Made by a program: the position numbers and the translations under genes
In this document: piece after piece, positions 13,399-26,659 of the stretch
Layout of the letters: each line of letters starts with the position of its first letter
Numbering within the stretch: position 1 is the first letter of the stretch
The notes under the pieces: generated by a model
What the model was told of the DNA's origin: nothing
The model's input: only the letters and a program-made list of their open reading frames with translations
Databases searched by the model: none
Assembly (NCBI RefSeq): GCF_009914755.1
Contig: NC_060925.1
Source: the human T2T-CHM13v2.0 reference genome, Homo sapiens
Direction: 5' to 3' (one strand)
DNA: 64,000 bases

Positions 13399-13778
13399 AA
13401 AAAATTGTACTTTTTAAGTGATTTATTTTATAATATATTTAAAATATACATATTTAAAATAGATTTATATTTTATTTTTATTTAACCATCTTATTGTTCT
13501 AGTTGTCAGATGAGTATATTAGTTGAATACATATGTTACCAATGTGACAAATCATATTTTGATCTAATCTTTAGCCATGTTTCCAACTTGAATAATTGTT
13601 GGATCTACAATTTAATATGTTTAATGTAGCCATGAGCCTTTTTTAAAGAAATTGCTGGTTATCAATTTGTGGAATAAAGCTCACCCTCCAGTTGACTTCT
13701 CAGAGTTCATAATTACAATACTCCATGAGGTCTTGCATATATAAAAGTATTGTTATAACCTTGATATTTAAAGGCAGC

Positions 13779-13888
13779 TCTCTATCTCTCTATATCTCTC
13801 TATATAGATATATACACATATATGTACACATATATGTACATATGTATGTACATGTATGTACATATATATGTGTATATATATATATATA
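13779..13888. repeat. (TC)/(TA)/(CATA) compound microsatellite
   Basis: Directly visible. Confidence 0.9.
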
Positions 13889-16792
13889 ATTTAACTCACA
13901 ATTACTTTAAGCCTGTTGGAAATTGTATTCTACTATACTTTGGCTTTGTATTTTTTTCTTGCAGTGTCTGATTTTTTTTTTCATTTGGAAGTATCTTATT
14001 ATGAATTCCTGGATCCCAAATAATTTCATTTTAATTCTACTGCTTTTGTAAATTTTTAAAGCATAGTAGTTTTACCACAGCATATCTTGACTTGAATGTT
14101 CTTGGTCAATTATGTAATGATACATAATGAAACCTTTCACCATGTAGAATCGGGTCTTGTTTATTTCCTGGAGAATGATCTTGAATTATTGTTTTTAATA
14201 TTAATTTTATTATGTGCATTTATCTCTGTGTGTGCTTACACCTGGGCTTCAATTACATTCTTTTACATATACATTGGCTCTTGTTTTGCTTTTTCTCTAT
14301 ATAGATTACTTACTTTCTGAATTTTCTTTCATATTTATTTTTATTTTCATCTTGAAGTTGGTTTTTATGCAGTTCTGCGATCACACATTAAATTTTAAAT
14401 TTATCCTCCCTTTGGTTAATAAATCTTTATTTCTCAGGTGATTTTATCTTTTCTATCCATATTTTTTCTGAATCTTTTCAATTCTCATTTTATATATTCT
14501 TTTGTAATCTGTTTTCATTCTAGATATTGAAATTCTGGTATCAGGTTTGTATTATTGTTGTTTATGCCTTAACATCTATAAATGCTCATTTCTATATTTA
14601 ATATTTTTAATCATTAATGTTCATTCAGATTGAAGTGTATATTATAGTTGAGTCAGCTTGATTTTATTTGGAAGAGGAAGACTTATCATTTTGAATATTC
14701 CACTTATTTTTTTCTATGTTTTTCCTATGTTAGCATTGTGAAAATACAGCCTGTAGTATGTTTGTTATTTTGTAAATGTTATTCTTTTAAATAAACAGTA
14801 ATCATTATATGAAGAGAAAGATGAATATTGTGGAATGCTAATTAGGTTTACTGGTTCAAGACACTCTCTCATTTCGATACAATAGACTATTACTTCTTCA
14901 ATAGTAATGCTCATTTTTTTTAAGCAGGGAAAAATTGGCAATCTTGTTATTTTTTAAAAAATTTTTGACGTACTCTTATTTTTTCTTTCTTTTTTTTTCT
15001 TTTTCTTTTTCTTTTTTTTTTTTTTTTTGTTCTTTTCACCATAAAATGTCTATGGGGGAGTTTTCTTCAGTTTTCATGTTACCTGCTTCTTCCTTACAAT
15101 CAGTTCCATCCTGATATTGATACCTTAAGCCCTGCACACTTTTTACTATCTTCCTTTTTAAAATTTTTCAGCTATATATGATCTGATTTACCAACGATCA
15201 ATATTTTCTCAGTGAGAATGGGAACTTCTCTTTCTGAAAGCAGCATTATCAGTGTTCCCTCACCATTACAATTTTGGCACCCCTTTTGCATCTCTACACT
15301 ATCTGCCTGATTCCCTTCATTTCAGGAGCTCCAGAGCCAGCTCTCCTTGATTTTTAAAATGTACTTTCTGATGTAATTTATTTCATATTTTTAGATTCTC
15401 TGCTATTATTTTTATACAGCAATCTGAATGTTTTGAGATGTATATTAAGTACTTTATATATTTAATATATTCAGTCTTAATAAGTTCTGTATTTGAATTA
15501 AATGTTTTAATATTTATAAAAATAATTATTTTCAAAAATTTACATTTATAGCATTAGTTTATATGTTTTAATATGATTATTATGCATAAAACTAATAATG
15601 GGTATGTATTCATTGATATTTATATGTAACTTTTATTATTGTAAAATGACAATATTTGTTCCATTTAATAATTTTTTCCACTGAATCCTATTTTGTCTCG
15701 TGTTAATACTAGCAGTCCTGAGTTTATATTTGTCTTTACCAGTACCTTCAATATATTCAGCACGTAATGCAGTCACCGTGAGTTCAAGCTGATGCTAACT
15801 CAAAGTATCAAATAATTGCTTTAACTGGAAAAAAGTTTTACCTGCATGAAATTTATGCTAAATGGCACACTTTCCCTCTTTGCTTTTAATGTAAATTTTT
15901 ATTTTTTAAAAAATTTTCTCCTAAATAATATATAACAGATCAGTTGAGATGTTTTAGCACAATGTGGAAGTATTTGCCTCAAATAAAGAAATCTATCCCT
16001 GTTTAATGGTTTTTAAATATTTTATGAAATGTTTAAAATCGTGAATGTATTTAGGTTTCTCAGTGTTGTTACTGTTTCACCACTTTCTCCTGAATTTGTG
16101 TTCTTTGTTGTGAAATGTCTTCTGAATGGATCAGTCAGAAGTATAAGGAGCAAACAACACATAACCTTTGGATTTTGTAAGTAAGGGAGGTTTCTGATTC
16201 TCTTGCAGACACAAAATGAGGAACTCCCACAAAACAGGAAGATAATTTGGATTGTGATTACACAAATATTGATGAATGTCTCTTATATTGAAAACAAATG
16301 AACATGATTTTAACTTTTAATAATTTTTAAACTTTATATGGCATAAGGAAATAAGGTTTGAGTTTGGTCAAAATGACAGTATGAAAAATCTTTTTTTCTA
16401 GTATAATAAAAATGTTATTCAGAATAATACATCTATAAATAACAGAGAGGAAAATGCAACATTAATGATGATGTATAATTTTAGACCTTGATAGTATGAT
16501 TAGGGATAATTTGCTCTCTCTTTTGAATCATTCACAATTCAGTTGTTAACAAATACTATTATAGCTATCATAAGTATCAATGTAATATAGGGAATTCAGT
16601 TATTAATAAATTGTTGGATGATTGAAGGCATAGACTCTATGCCAGTTCCCCAGAATGATAATCTCAGGACAAAATTTACTGCAGTTAGGAAGCTGGAGAA
16701 TCGGGAAGCTAGCATTCCAAGTATTAGTTCCATTATTATACCTCATTGGCAATGATTTATCGAATAAGTAGCTGTTGCCACTGTTGACTCCA

Positions 16793-17312
16793 TGTGATGG
16801 TTAATACTGAGTGTCAACTTGATTGGATTGAAGGATACAAAGTATTGATCCTGGGTGTGTCTGCCAGGATGTTGCCAAAAGAGATTAACATTTGAATCAG
16901 TAGGCTGGGGAAGGTAGATTCACGTTAATCTGGTGGGCACAGCTGCCAGCGAATGTAAAGCAGACAGGAAAACCTGAAAAAGGTGAGACGGGCCTAGCCT
17001 CTGAGCTTACATCTTTCTGTCATGCTGGATGCTTCCCTCGAACATCAGACTCCAAGTTCTTCAGTTCTGGGACTCAGCAGGGCTCTGCTTGCTCCTCAAC
17101 TTGCATACAGCCTATGGTATGACCTTCTGATCCTGTAAGTTAATACTTAATACACTCATATTATATATGTATATATATGTATATATGTATATATATGTGT
17201 GTGTGTGTGTGTGTATATATGTATATATATATGATACATATATATATGATATCCTATTAGGATATATATATCCTATTAGTTGTGTCCCTCTAAGAGAACC
17301 CTGACTAATACA
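16793..17312 (+). mobile_element. 5' LTR, MLT2A1-like
   Basis: Starts 'tgtgatggttaatactgagtgtcaacttgattgg' and ends 'agaaccctgactaataca'; internal (TA)/(TG) tract. Confidence 0.95.
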
Positions 17313-17317
17313 GATTT

Positions 17318-17332
17318 TGGTATCAGGAGTGG
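17318..17332 (+). promoter_or_regulatory. Primer-binding site (tRNA-Leu) of HERV-L
   Basis: 'tggtatcaggagtgg' just after the LTR, matching the HERV-L PBS TGGTACCAGGAGTGG. Confidence 0.85.
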
Positions 17333-17419
17333 TTCCAGAGAAACAGCATATTAAGAATGGAGTTCTTTCATTGGTTTTGAAGTTTCTGGAGTAGGCTGCT
17401 TAATAGGATTAGAACAAAA

Positions 17420-19435
17420 ATTGCTTAGGAATCCACTTCTGATAATATGAAGAACACTGAGAGTCTTTGGCATGAATTGTTTAAAGAGTTATGCAAAATA
17501 AATGCATTTGACACTCCTGATTTACCGCTTGTGAAAGGCAAGGAGTTTAGAAACTCTATACATAATACCTTTGACCACATGTGGAGAACCAAGTAACATA
17601 ATGAAGCTGGTTGGTTGCTCCTAAGTTCACTGAACAATGTGATGAAAGGAAATGATGAACTGGGGGATTCTGTCTCCCGGTTTCAGAAGCAGACACTGAG
17701 CCTCAAATCTGCTAAGATTGCCCTGTGTGAGAGTCTTATCTCCTGTAGAGAAAGAGCTAAAATTGTGGAAAAACAGACACAAGCTCTTATCATGAGAGTG
17801 GCTGACCTGAAACAAAAGGTGCATGCACAGCCTTGCCAGGTATTTACTGTTAAAGTGAGGGCATTGACTGGAAAATATTGGGATCCTGCAACTTGGAATG
17901 GGGACATGTGGGAAGACCCTGATGAAGCTGGGGACGCTGAGTTTGTAAACCCTGATGAACTTTTTTTGCCAGATGGAACAGCATCCCCATTTCCAGTAGT
18001 GGCAACATCCTTCTCATGTCCATGCTGCCATCAGCCTTTCCATCATTGTCTGAGGAGATAAACCGTGTGCTGCCTGAGACAACAGTGATGGTCTCCCCTG
18101 AGGCAGTTGCCAGGCAAGATAATGTTAATTCTCCTCAGAAGCCACTACCAACACCTCTGTTTTCTTCTAGACCTGTAACTAGAGTCCCAGCAGGCCCCCG
18201 GAGGTGAGGTTGAGAGTGTGACCCATGAGGAGCTGTGCTACACTCCAAAAGAAGTGTTTGAGTTCTCTAATTTATATAAACACCAATCTGGAGAACAGGT
18301 ATGAGAAAGGATATTAGAGGCATGGGATTATGGTGAAAGGAACATAGAATTGGATCAGGCTGAGTTTACTGATTTGGGCCAAGTAGGAAGGGAATCTGCT
18401 TTTAATGTTGCGGCTCAGGGAGTTAAAAAAGGCTCTAATAGTTTATTTGCTTGGTTAGGTGAAATATGGATTAAAAGAGAGCCACTGTGAGTGAGCTAGA
18501 AATGCCTTGGTTTCATGTAGAGGAATCATTCATAATTCAGTTGTTAACAAATACTACTATAGCTATTATAATTATCAATTTAATATAGGGAATTCAATTA
18601 TTAATAAATTGTTGGAGGGTTGAAGGTGTAGACTCTATGCTAGGCCACCAGAATGGTAAACTCAGGACAAAATTTACTGCAATTAGGAAGCTGGAGAATT
18701 GAGAAGCTAGCATTACAAATATAAGTTTTATTATTAAACCTCATTGGCAATGATTTGCAGAGTAAGAGGCTGTTGCACCTGTTGACTCCATGTGATGGTT
18801 AATACTGAGTGTCAACTTGATTGGATTGTATATAATTTAGATAAAACAAACTCACCTTCATTCAATAAACTCTTGAATGTAGAGGAAGGGATCCAAAGGC
18901 TTAGGGAGATTGGGATAGTGGAGTGGATTAGTCACTTTAGAACTTTTCATCCTAGCTGTGAGGGTCCAGAAGATATACCCTTGACCAATGCCTTGTAAAA
19001 TAGATTTGTGAAGGCAGCACCTGCATCTTTGTGGAGCCCTGTAATTGCATTTATCCGTATGTCAGATCTGACAGTCACTCAACTACAAAATTTAAATACA
19101 ATGGGAATAATTGGACTCCGAAGTGTCAGGGGTCAAGTGGCAGCACTCATTCATAAAGGTGAGCAAGATGGGCATAGCTACTGTAATGGACAGCAGAGGC
19201 AAAGCAGCAATCAGAATAGTCTGACTCGTGTAGAGCTCTGGCATCGGTTAATTAATCAGTGTTCCTAGAAGTAAAATTGATAGGAAGCTTACTGCATTCC
19301 TACTTAAATTATACAAATGGAAAACTTCTAGGTTGAATAGACAAAAGAGCAACTTGAATTACACAAATGGAGAATCATGGCCTCTCCATCAATTTCCAGA
19401 CTTGAGCCAGTTTACAGATCCAGAGTCCTTTGAAT
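17420..19435 (+). pseudogene. gag: HERV-L gag remnant (stops, frameshifts, 350-bp insertion)
   Basis: ORF fragments 'VKVRALTGKYWDPATWNGDMWEDPDE' and 'EEGIQRLREIGIVEWI'. Confidence 0.85.
18523..18828 (+). repeat. Local direct duplicate of 16525-16830 (host flank + first 38 nt of the 5' LTR)
   Basis: Ungapped manual alignment: about 33 mismatches in 306 nt. Confidence 0.95.
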
Positions 19436-19499
19436 GAAGGGGAGGCTGGGTCACCCTCTTGAAGGAAGGATCCCACTATATTACAACTATTTAAGCAGT

Positions 19500-22430
19500 G
19501 AATCTTTCTGACATCCTTCCCCAAGGAGACCTCCAGCCATTTACCAGGGTAACTGGGAATTGGAGAAAGGGAAATAATTAAACATTTAGGGGACTACTGG
19601 CAACTAGATCTGAGTTGACGTTGATTCTAGGAGACCCAAAATTTCACTGTGGTCCTGCAGTTAAAGTAGGGGCTTATGGAGGTCAGGTAATTAATGGAAT
19701 TTTAGCTCAGGCCTGACTTACAGTTGGTCTAGTGGGTCCCCAGACTCATTCTGTGGTCATTTTCCCAGTGCAAGAAAGTGTAATTGGCATAGATATACTT
19801 AGCAGCTGACAGAACCATCACATCGGCTCCCTGACTGGTAGGGTGAGGGCTATTATGGTGGTAAAGGCCAAGTGGAAGCCAGCAGAGCCGCCTCTACCTA
19901 GAAAAATACTAAATCAAAATCTATATTACATACCTGGAGGGACAGCTGAGATTAGTGTCACCAACAAGGACTTGAAAGATGCAGGAGTGGTGATACCCAA
20001 CACATCCCCATTCAACTCTTTCATTTGGCCTGTGCAGAAGACAGATGGATCTTGGAGAATAACAGTGAACTATCATAAGCTTAAGCAAGTGGTGACTCCA
20101 ATTACAGCTGCTTAACCAGATGTGGTCTCATTGCTTGAGCAAATTAACACATCTCCTGGTACCTGGTATGCAGCCATTGACTTGACAAATGCCTTTTTCT
20201 CCATTCCGGTCCATAAGGCCCACCAGAAGCAATTTGCCTTCAGCTCACAAGCCCAGCAATATACCTTTACTGTCCTACCTCAGGGGTATATCAACTCTCC
20301 AGCTTTGTGTCATAATCTTATTCAAGGAGACCTTTATCACTTTTCGCTTCTGCAAGATATCATACCGATCCATTAAATTGAGGACATTATGCTGATTGGA
20401 TCCAGTGAACAAGAAGTAGTAAACACACTGAACTTATTGGTGAGACATTTGCATGCTACAGGATAGGAAATAAATCTGACTAATATTCAGGGACCTTCTA
20501 CCTCAGTAAAATTTCTCAGGGTTCTGTGGTGTGAGGCCTGTTGAGATATTCCTTCTAAGGTAAAGGATAAGTTGCTGCATTTGGACCCTCTTACAACCAA
20601 GAAAGAGGCACAATGCCTAGTGGGGCTATTTGGATTTTGGAGGCAACACATTTCTCATTTGGATGTGTTACTCTGGTCCATTTATTGACTGACCCAAAAG
20701 GCTGCCAGTTTTAAGTGGGTTCCAGAACAGGAGAAGGCTCTGCAACAGGTCAAGGCTGCTGTGCAAGCTGCTCTGCCACTTGGGCCATATGACCCAGCAG
20801 ATCCAATGGTGCTTGAGGTGTCAGTGGCAGATAGGGGTGCTCTTTGGAGCCTTTGGCAGGCTTCCATGGGTGAATCACAGAGGATGTCTCTAGGATTTTG
20901 GAGCAAGGCCCTGCCTTCTTCTGCATATAACTACTCTTCCTTTAAGAGACAGCTCTTGGCCTGTTACTGGGTTGGTACAGGTTGGTGGAAACTGAATGTT
21001 TGACTATGGGTCATCAAGTCACCATGCAACCTGAACTGCTTATCATGAACTGGATGCTTTCTGACCCATCTAGCCATAAAGTGGGTCTTACATAGCAGCA
21101 TTCCATCACCAAATGGAAGTGGTATACATGTGACTGGGCTTCAGCAGGTCCTGAAGGCACAAGTAAGTTACATGAGGAAGTGGTTCAAATGCCCATGGTC
21201 TCCATTCCTGCCACCTGCCTTCTCTCCCCCAGCCTGCACTGATGGTCTCATTGGGAATTCCCTATGAACAGTTGACAGAGGAAGAGAGGACAAGAGCCTG
21301 CTTGACAGATGGTTCTGTAAAATATGCAAGCACCACCCGAAATGGGACAGCTGAAGCACTATATCCCCTTTCTAGGATAACCCTAAGGTATAACAGTGAA
21401 GGAAAATCTTTTCAGTGGGCAGAACTTCGAGCAGTGCACCTGGTTGTGTACTTTGCATGGAGGAATAAATGGCCAGATTTGCGATTGTATACTGATATGT
21501 GGGCTGTAACCAATGGTTTGACTTAAAGGTCAAGAATTTGGAAGAAGCTTGATTGGAAAATTGGTGACAAAGAAATTTGGGGAAGAAGTATGTGGTTGGA
21601 CCTCTCTGTGTGGTCAAAAACTGAAGATATTTATATCCCTTGTGAGTGCTCATCAATGGGTAACTTTAGCAGAGGAGGATTTTAATAACCAAGTGGATAA
21701 GATGACTCATTCTGTGGGCAACACTCAGCCTCTTTCCCCAGCTACCCCGTCATCCCCAATGGGCCTATGAGCAAAGTGGTCATGGTGGCAGGAATGGAGG
21801 TTATGCATAGTCTCAGCAACATGGACTTCCACTCAGCAAGGCTGACTTGGCTATGGCAGCTGCTGAGTGCCCAGTTTCCCATCAGCTGAAACCAACACTG
21901 AGCCCTCAATATGGCACCATTCATCAGGGTGATCAGCCAGCTACCTGGTGGCAGGTTGATTATATTGGGACTCTTCCATTGTGGAAAGGCCAGAGATTTG
22001 TCCTCACTGGAATAGACACTTACTTCAGATATGAGTTTGCCTATCCTGTAAATAATGCTTCTGTGAAGCCTACCATCTATGGACTCACAGAATGCCTTAC
22101 CTACCATCATGGTATTCCACATGGCATTGCCTCTGAACAAGGCATTCACTTTACAGCTAAAGAAGTGTGGCAGTGAACTCATGCTCATGGAATTCACTGG
22201 TCCTACCATGTTCCCCATCATCCTGAAGCAGCTGGATTGACAGAATGGTGAAATGGGCTTTCGAAGTCACAATTATACCACCAACTAAGTGACAATACTT
22301 TGCAGGGCTGGGGCAAAGTTCTCCAGAGGTAGTGTATGCATTCAATCATCATCCAATATATGATACTGTTTCTCCTATAACCAGGATTCACAGGTCCAGG
22401 AATGAAGGAGTGGAAGTGGAACTAGCATCA
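19500..22430 (+). pseudogene. pol: HERV-L pro-pol remnant (protease, RT, RNase H, integrase)
   Basis: Protease GLLATRSE (degenerate LLDTGS) ~19591; RT '[18 protein letters not shown]', '[12 protein letters not shown]', 'LPQGYINSP', YIDD degraded to *IED ~20374; RNase H 'TDGS...AELRAV...YTD'; integrase 'WQVDYIG...IASEQG'. Confidence 0.93.
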
Positions 22431-22479
22431 TTCACTATGACCCCAAGTAACCCACTAGCAAAATTTTTGCTTCTTGTTC

Positions 22480-22763
22480 CCACAACATTACATTCTGCTG
22501 GCCTAAAGGTCTTAGTTCCAGAGTGAGGAATGTTGCCACCAGGAGACGCAACAATTATTCCATTAAAATGGAAGTCAAGATTGCCACCTGGACACTTTGT
22601 GCTCCCCTTACCTTTAAGCCAACAGGGTAAGAAGGGAGTTACAGTGTTGGTTGCAGTGACTGACCTGGACTATCAAGATGAAATCAGTCTACTGCTCCAC
22701 AATGGAGGTAAGGAAGAGTATGTATGGAATACAGGAGATCCATTAGGGCATCTCTTAGTATGA
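22480..22763 (+). pseudogene. HERV-L dUTPase remnant downstream of integrase
   Basis: 'LPPGDATIIPL...LPPGHF...KKGVTVLVAVTDLDYQDEI' resembles the dUTPase GVIDxDYxGEI motif; this position is typical of ERV-L. Confidence 0.85.
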
Positions 22764-23282
22764 AGGCCAATGGGAAAATACAACAGCCCAATCCACTGCA
22801 AATGACCCACAGCCTTCATGAATAAAGGTTTGGGTTACTCCACCAGGAAAAAATACCAAGACCTGCTGAGGTGCTTGCTGCAGGCAAAGGGAATACAGAA
22901 TGGGTAGTAGAAGAAGGTAGTCATCAATAACAGCTATGACCACGTGACTAACTTCAGAAACGAGGACTGTAATTGTCATGAGTATTTCTTTCTTCTTTTG
23001 TTAAAACCATGTTTGTGCATGTATACACTTGTAGTAAAAAAATCTTCATTTTATTTCCTTTTTCCTTTATCATGTGTTATAAGATTTATTGACTTCATAA
23101 TAGCATTTAAGTATTATTAACTTTATGTAATAGTATTTGGGTTGGGGATTTGTTTGTTTCCAGTTGTACGAAGGAAAATTGTATCACATTATGTGTAATT
23201 ATGACCTTACTGTTGTCTTTATTTGAGGATCATGTATGATCTTATTAGATGTGTATATCTTCAAGTTGACAACGGGTGGACT

Positions 23283-24265
23283 TGTGATGGTTAATACTGA
23301 GCGACAACTTGACTGGATGAAGGATACAGAGTATTGATCCTGGGTGTGTCTGCGAAGGATGTTGCCAAAGGAGATTAACATCTGAGTCAGTGGGCTGCGG
23401 AAAGCAGATCTACCCTTAATCTGGTGGGCAGTCTAATCAGCAGCCACCAAATACAAAGCAGGCAGAAAAACCTGAAAAAGGCAAGACAGGCCTAGCCTAT
23501 GAGCCTACATCTTTCTCTCATGCTGGATGCTTCCTGTCCTGGAACATCAGACTCCAGCTTCTTCAGTTTTGGGACTTGAACTGGCTCTCCTTGCTCCTCA
23601 GCTTGCAGACAGCCTATTGTGGGACCTTGTGATCATGTAATTTAATACTTAATAAACTCCCCTCTCTCTCTCTATATATATATAAAATAGGATATATATA
23701 TATATATAAAATAGGATATATATAGAAAATAGGATATATATGGATATATATATTATTAGTTGTTATATTATTATATATTATATATATTATTATATATAAT
23801 ATATTATATCATATATATTATTATATATAATATATTATATCATATATATTATTATATAATATATTATATCATATATATTATTATATATAATATATATTAT
23901 ATATATTATTATATATAATATATATTATATATATTATTATGTATAATATATATATTATATATTATTTATATATATATAAATTATATAATAATATATAATT
24001 AATTATACATATATACATATATAAGTATACATATAATATATTTATATAGTATATATAAATATATATACAATATATTTATATAGTATATATTATATATAAA
24101 TATATACAATATATTTATATCATATATTTTATATATGATACATATAATATATATTATATATGATATATAATATATATCATATATAACATATAAATATATA
24201 ACATATAAAATATATAATATATATTATATATATTAGTTGTGTCCCTCTAATAGAACCCTATTACA
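23283..24265 (+). mobile_element. 3' LTR, MLT2A1-like, with large AT-rich expansion
   Basis: Same start as the 5' LTR after 'gacaacgggtggact'; TA-rich tract 23660-24235; ends 'agaaccctattaca'. Confidence 0.95.
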
Positions 24266-25874
24266 CTACAGTAATATGCTGCCTGCCTTAGCTGCAACAT
24301 GGGAATCAGAGTTATGGCGAATCTGCTATATTCACACTGGTAAAATAGATACGTTAACTGATACCAACTTTCTCTCCTTTTCCCCTTAGATAATTGTGCC
24401 TTAGCAAGGATTTTCTTTATCGGTTTGCTAGATATTACACATGTATAATGTAATCAATAAATGGTTGATAATCATTTGTGATAACTATTATACTAATTTT
24501 AAATACAGTAATAAATTCTCTTTAAGAAGTCTGATGATAAACAGATCCTCACAATAAGTTATTGCCATCCTTGACAAAGGAATAGCTAAGATTTCTATTC
24601 ACTTTGTCTATATATGTAGATTGTTAAATACATGATTGTTTTATGTCAAATTTTGCTGAGAAATACTTCCAATTGATTAATTAATATTTAGAATATAATT
24701 TACTTTGCATTAGGATTGATGTGTGTGTGGTTATCTTCATTTTTGAGTACGGTAAGAAATAAGTTTGTAAATAACAAATATTTCTCAGAAAAAAATGCAT
24801 ATCCACTTTCTAATATTTTGCACTCCAACCATATCCATAAACTCTTAGGAGCATTGGTTCTTCATTATGGTCAAAAATTCTATCCTGGGGTGTAGAATGT
24901 TATACTGTTTGTGGAGTAATTCTGGCAGTAAGATTCCAATTAAATGAATAGTTTATTAAGGAGAGTGCCACAGCTTGGCAGTGCTTTTTTGTGTTATTTC
25001 TATCGGCTATGATCTAGTAAGATGCCTATTGGCTCAGGATAAATATGACGGCAAAACTCTCGGGGTTACAGAAATAGAAAAATACTCAAAGCAAGCTTTC
25101 AGCTGGTGTTACTTCTCATCAAGAATCCACCGATAAAACAAGAGGCTGAGAAAAGTACAAATCCTGTTATCTCTGTGAACTTACATTGAGGTTATAACAC
25201 TGACAGTGGAGGAAAGAAGGTCAAGTGGGACAGAAATATAATATTTGTCTTACCCTTTGGGGAAGAAAGAGCTATAGCACTGGTGTTACATGGCCTAGAA
25301 TTGTTCTGAAGCCTGAAAAGGAAACCTTTCTGTGCAAAGACATCGTCAAGTTATATTTTATTTTCATACTGCAACAACTTCCTGGGGGTTGTTATGTGGG
25401 TTACATTCCTTGAAGGAGAGCATACAGCTGAAAGATTGCAACTACTGACTCTGCACAAATTTCGCATCATCAGTCATTGTTCATTTTTCTTAACATTTAA
25501 ACTGCTGGCAAGGTCCATGAACCAGTCACCACAGGAAAGCTCCTAGGTGGCAATTTTAGAGTGATTCAAGTCACTCTAGAGGAAAATCTGAAGGAAATTT
25601 CCCTCACTGGGAGACATTGAAATTTATACTACCGTAGCATGATAACACAACATGAAAAACAGTCACCAGACAAGATTTTAGAAACTCTTTATAAGTGTAA
25701 GGAACATAAAAAGAAGGAGCATTTGTAAAAGTCAAATTCTACAGGTCAAACATCTATTATTGTTTATTTCCATTAACCTGAATTTAATGTTCGAAAGACA
25801 AATCTTACAAATTATAACAATAAGAATTAATACTTTTTTTTACAACCACATTTTCTGGCCAAATATTCTACAGT

Positions 25875-25964
25875 TTCTTTCTTTCTCTCTCTCTCCCCCT
25901 CTCAATCTCTCCCCCTCTCAATCTCTCTCCCTCTCTTTCTCTCTCTCTCTCTCACACACACACA
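25875..25964. repeat. (CT)n/(CA)n compound microsatellite
   Basis: Directly visible. Confidence 0.9.
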
Positions 25965-26294
25965 AAAAAAATTGTGTTATTATTCCTGAAATTATTGGAT
26001 GTGTTAGACCATTCTGATGGCCACTATAATAAAATTGACTCTAAAGATGTATGTAGGAAGCAGAAATAGTGATAAGAGACTTTCTTTCTCTTTCTTTCTG
26101 CCTGAATCGTTTACCAGGAGGAAGGATCAATGTTGTGGATTACAGGGGCCTATGGATTAGCACTGCATATGGAGACACTTTAGAACATATTAAAAATAAC
26201 AAGGAAATTTCCCCTAGGAAGTCTTTTGTTTAAAAATTTAAAAAAATATATCATTAATGATTTAATTATGTTTCTGTTTATTGAACTAATAGGA

Positions 26295-26450
26295 AGAATA
26301 TGAACTCTAGAGTCAGAAATCTAGCCAATTCATGCTCACTAAATGTTCACTTTAAATCTTTGAGTCTAAATTTCCTACCCATATAAAATTTCTTTAAAGA
26401 CTCTATGAGTTAACGCCTATGCATTACTTCACTTAGTGCTCAATAAATGT
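26295..26450 (+). mobile_element. MIR remnant
   Basis: 'aactctagagtcaga', 'tttcctacccatataaaat' and 'tagtgctcaataaatg'. Confidence 0.5.
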
Positions 26451-26659
26451 GGTTTTCTTTATTTGAAGGAGCAAATCTTATCATTGTCATTAGTTCATAT
26501 CATATAATTTACACAAAAGAATGTCATGAATGCTGAAAAAAGGCATTAGTATTATACTTTTCTACTGTATTAAATAAAGAATATTTATCTCTAAAGAATT
26601 CATCTTATGACTGACATTTTGAAAATAAACACATAACAAACCCTACTCCTTGAATTAAA

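Larger units (their letters stand above)
16793..24265 (+). mobile_element. Full-length HERV-L provirus (LTR-gag-pro-pol-dUTPase-LTR, no env)
   Basis: Two MLT2A LTRs (TG...CA); 5-bp TSD ctcca (16788-16792) / ctaca (24266-24270); PBS, PPT-like tract and degenerate ORFs present. Confidence 0.97.
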
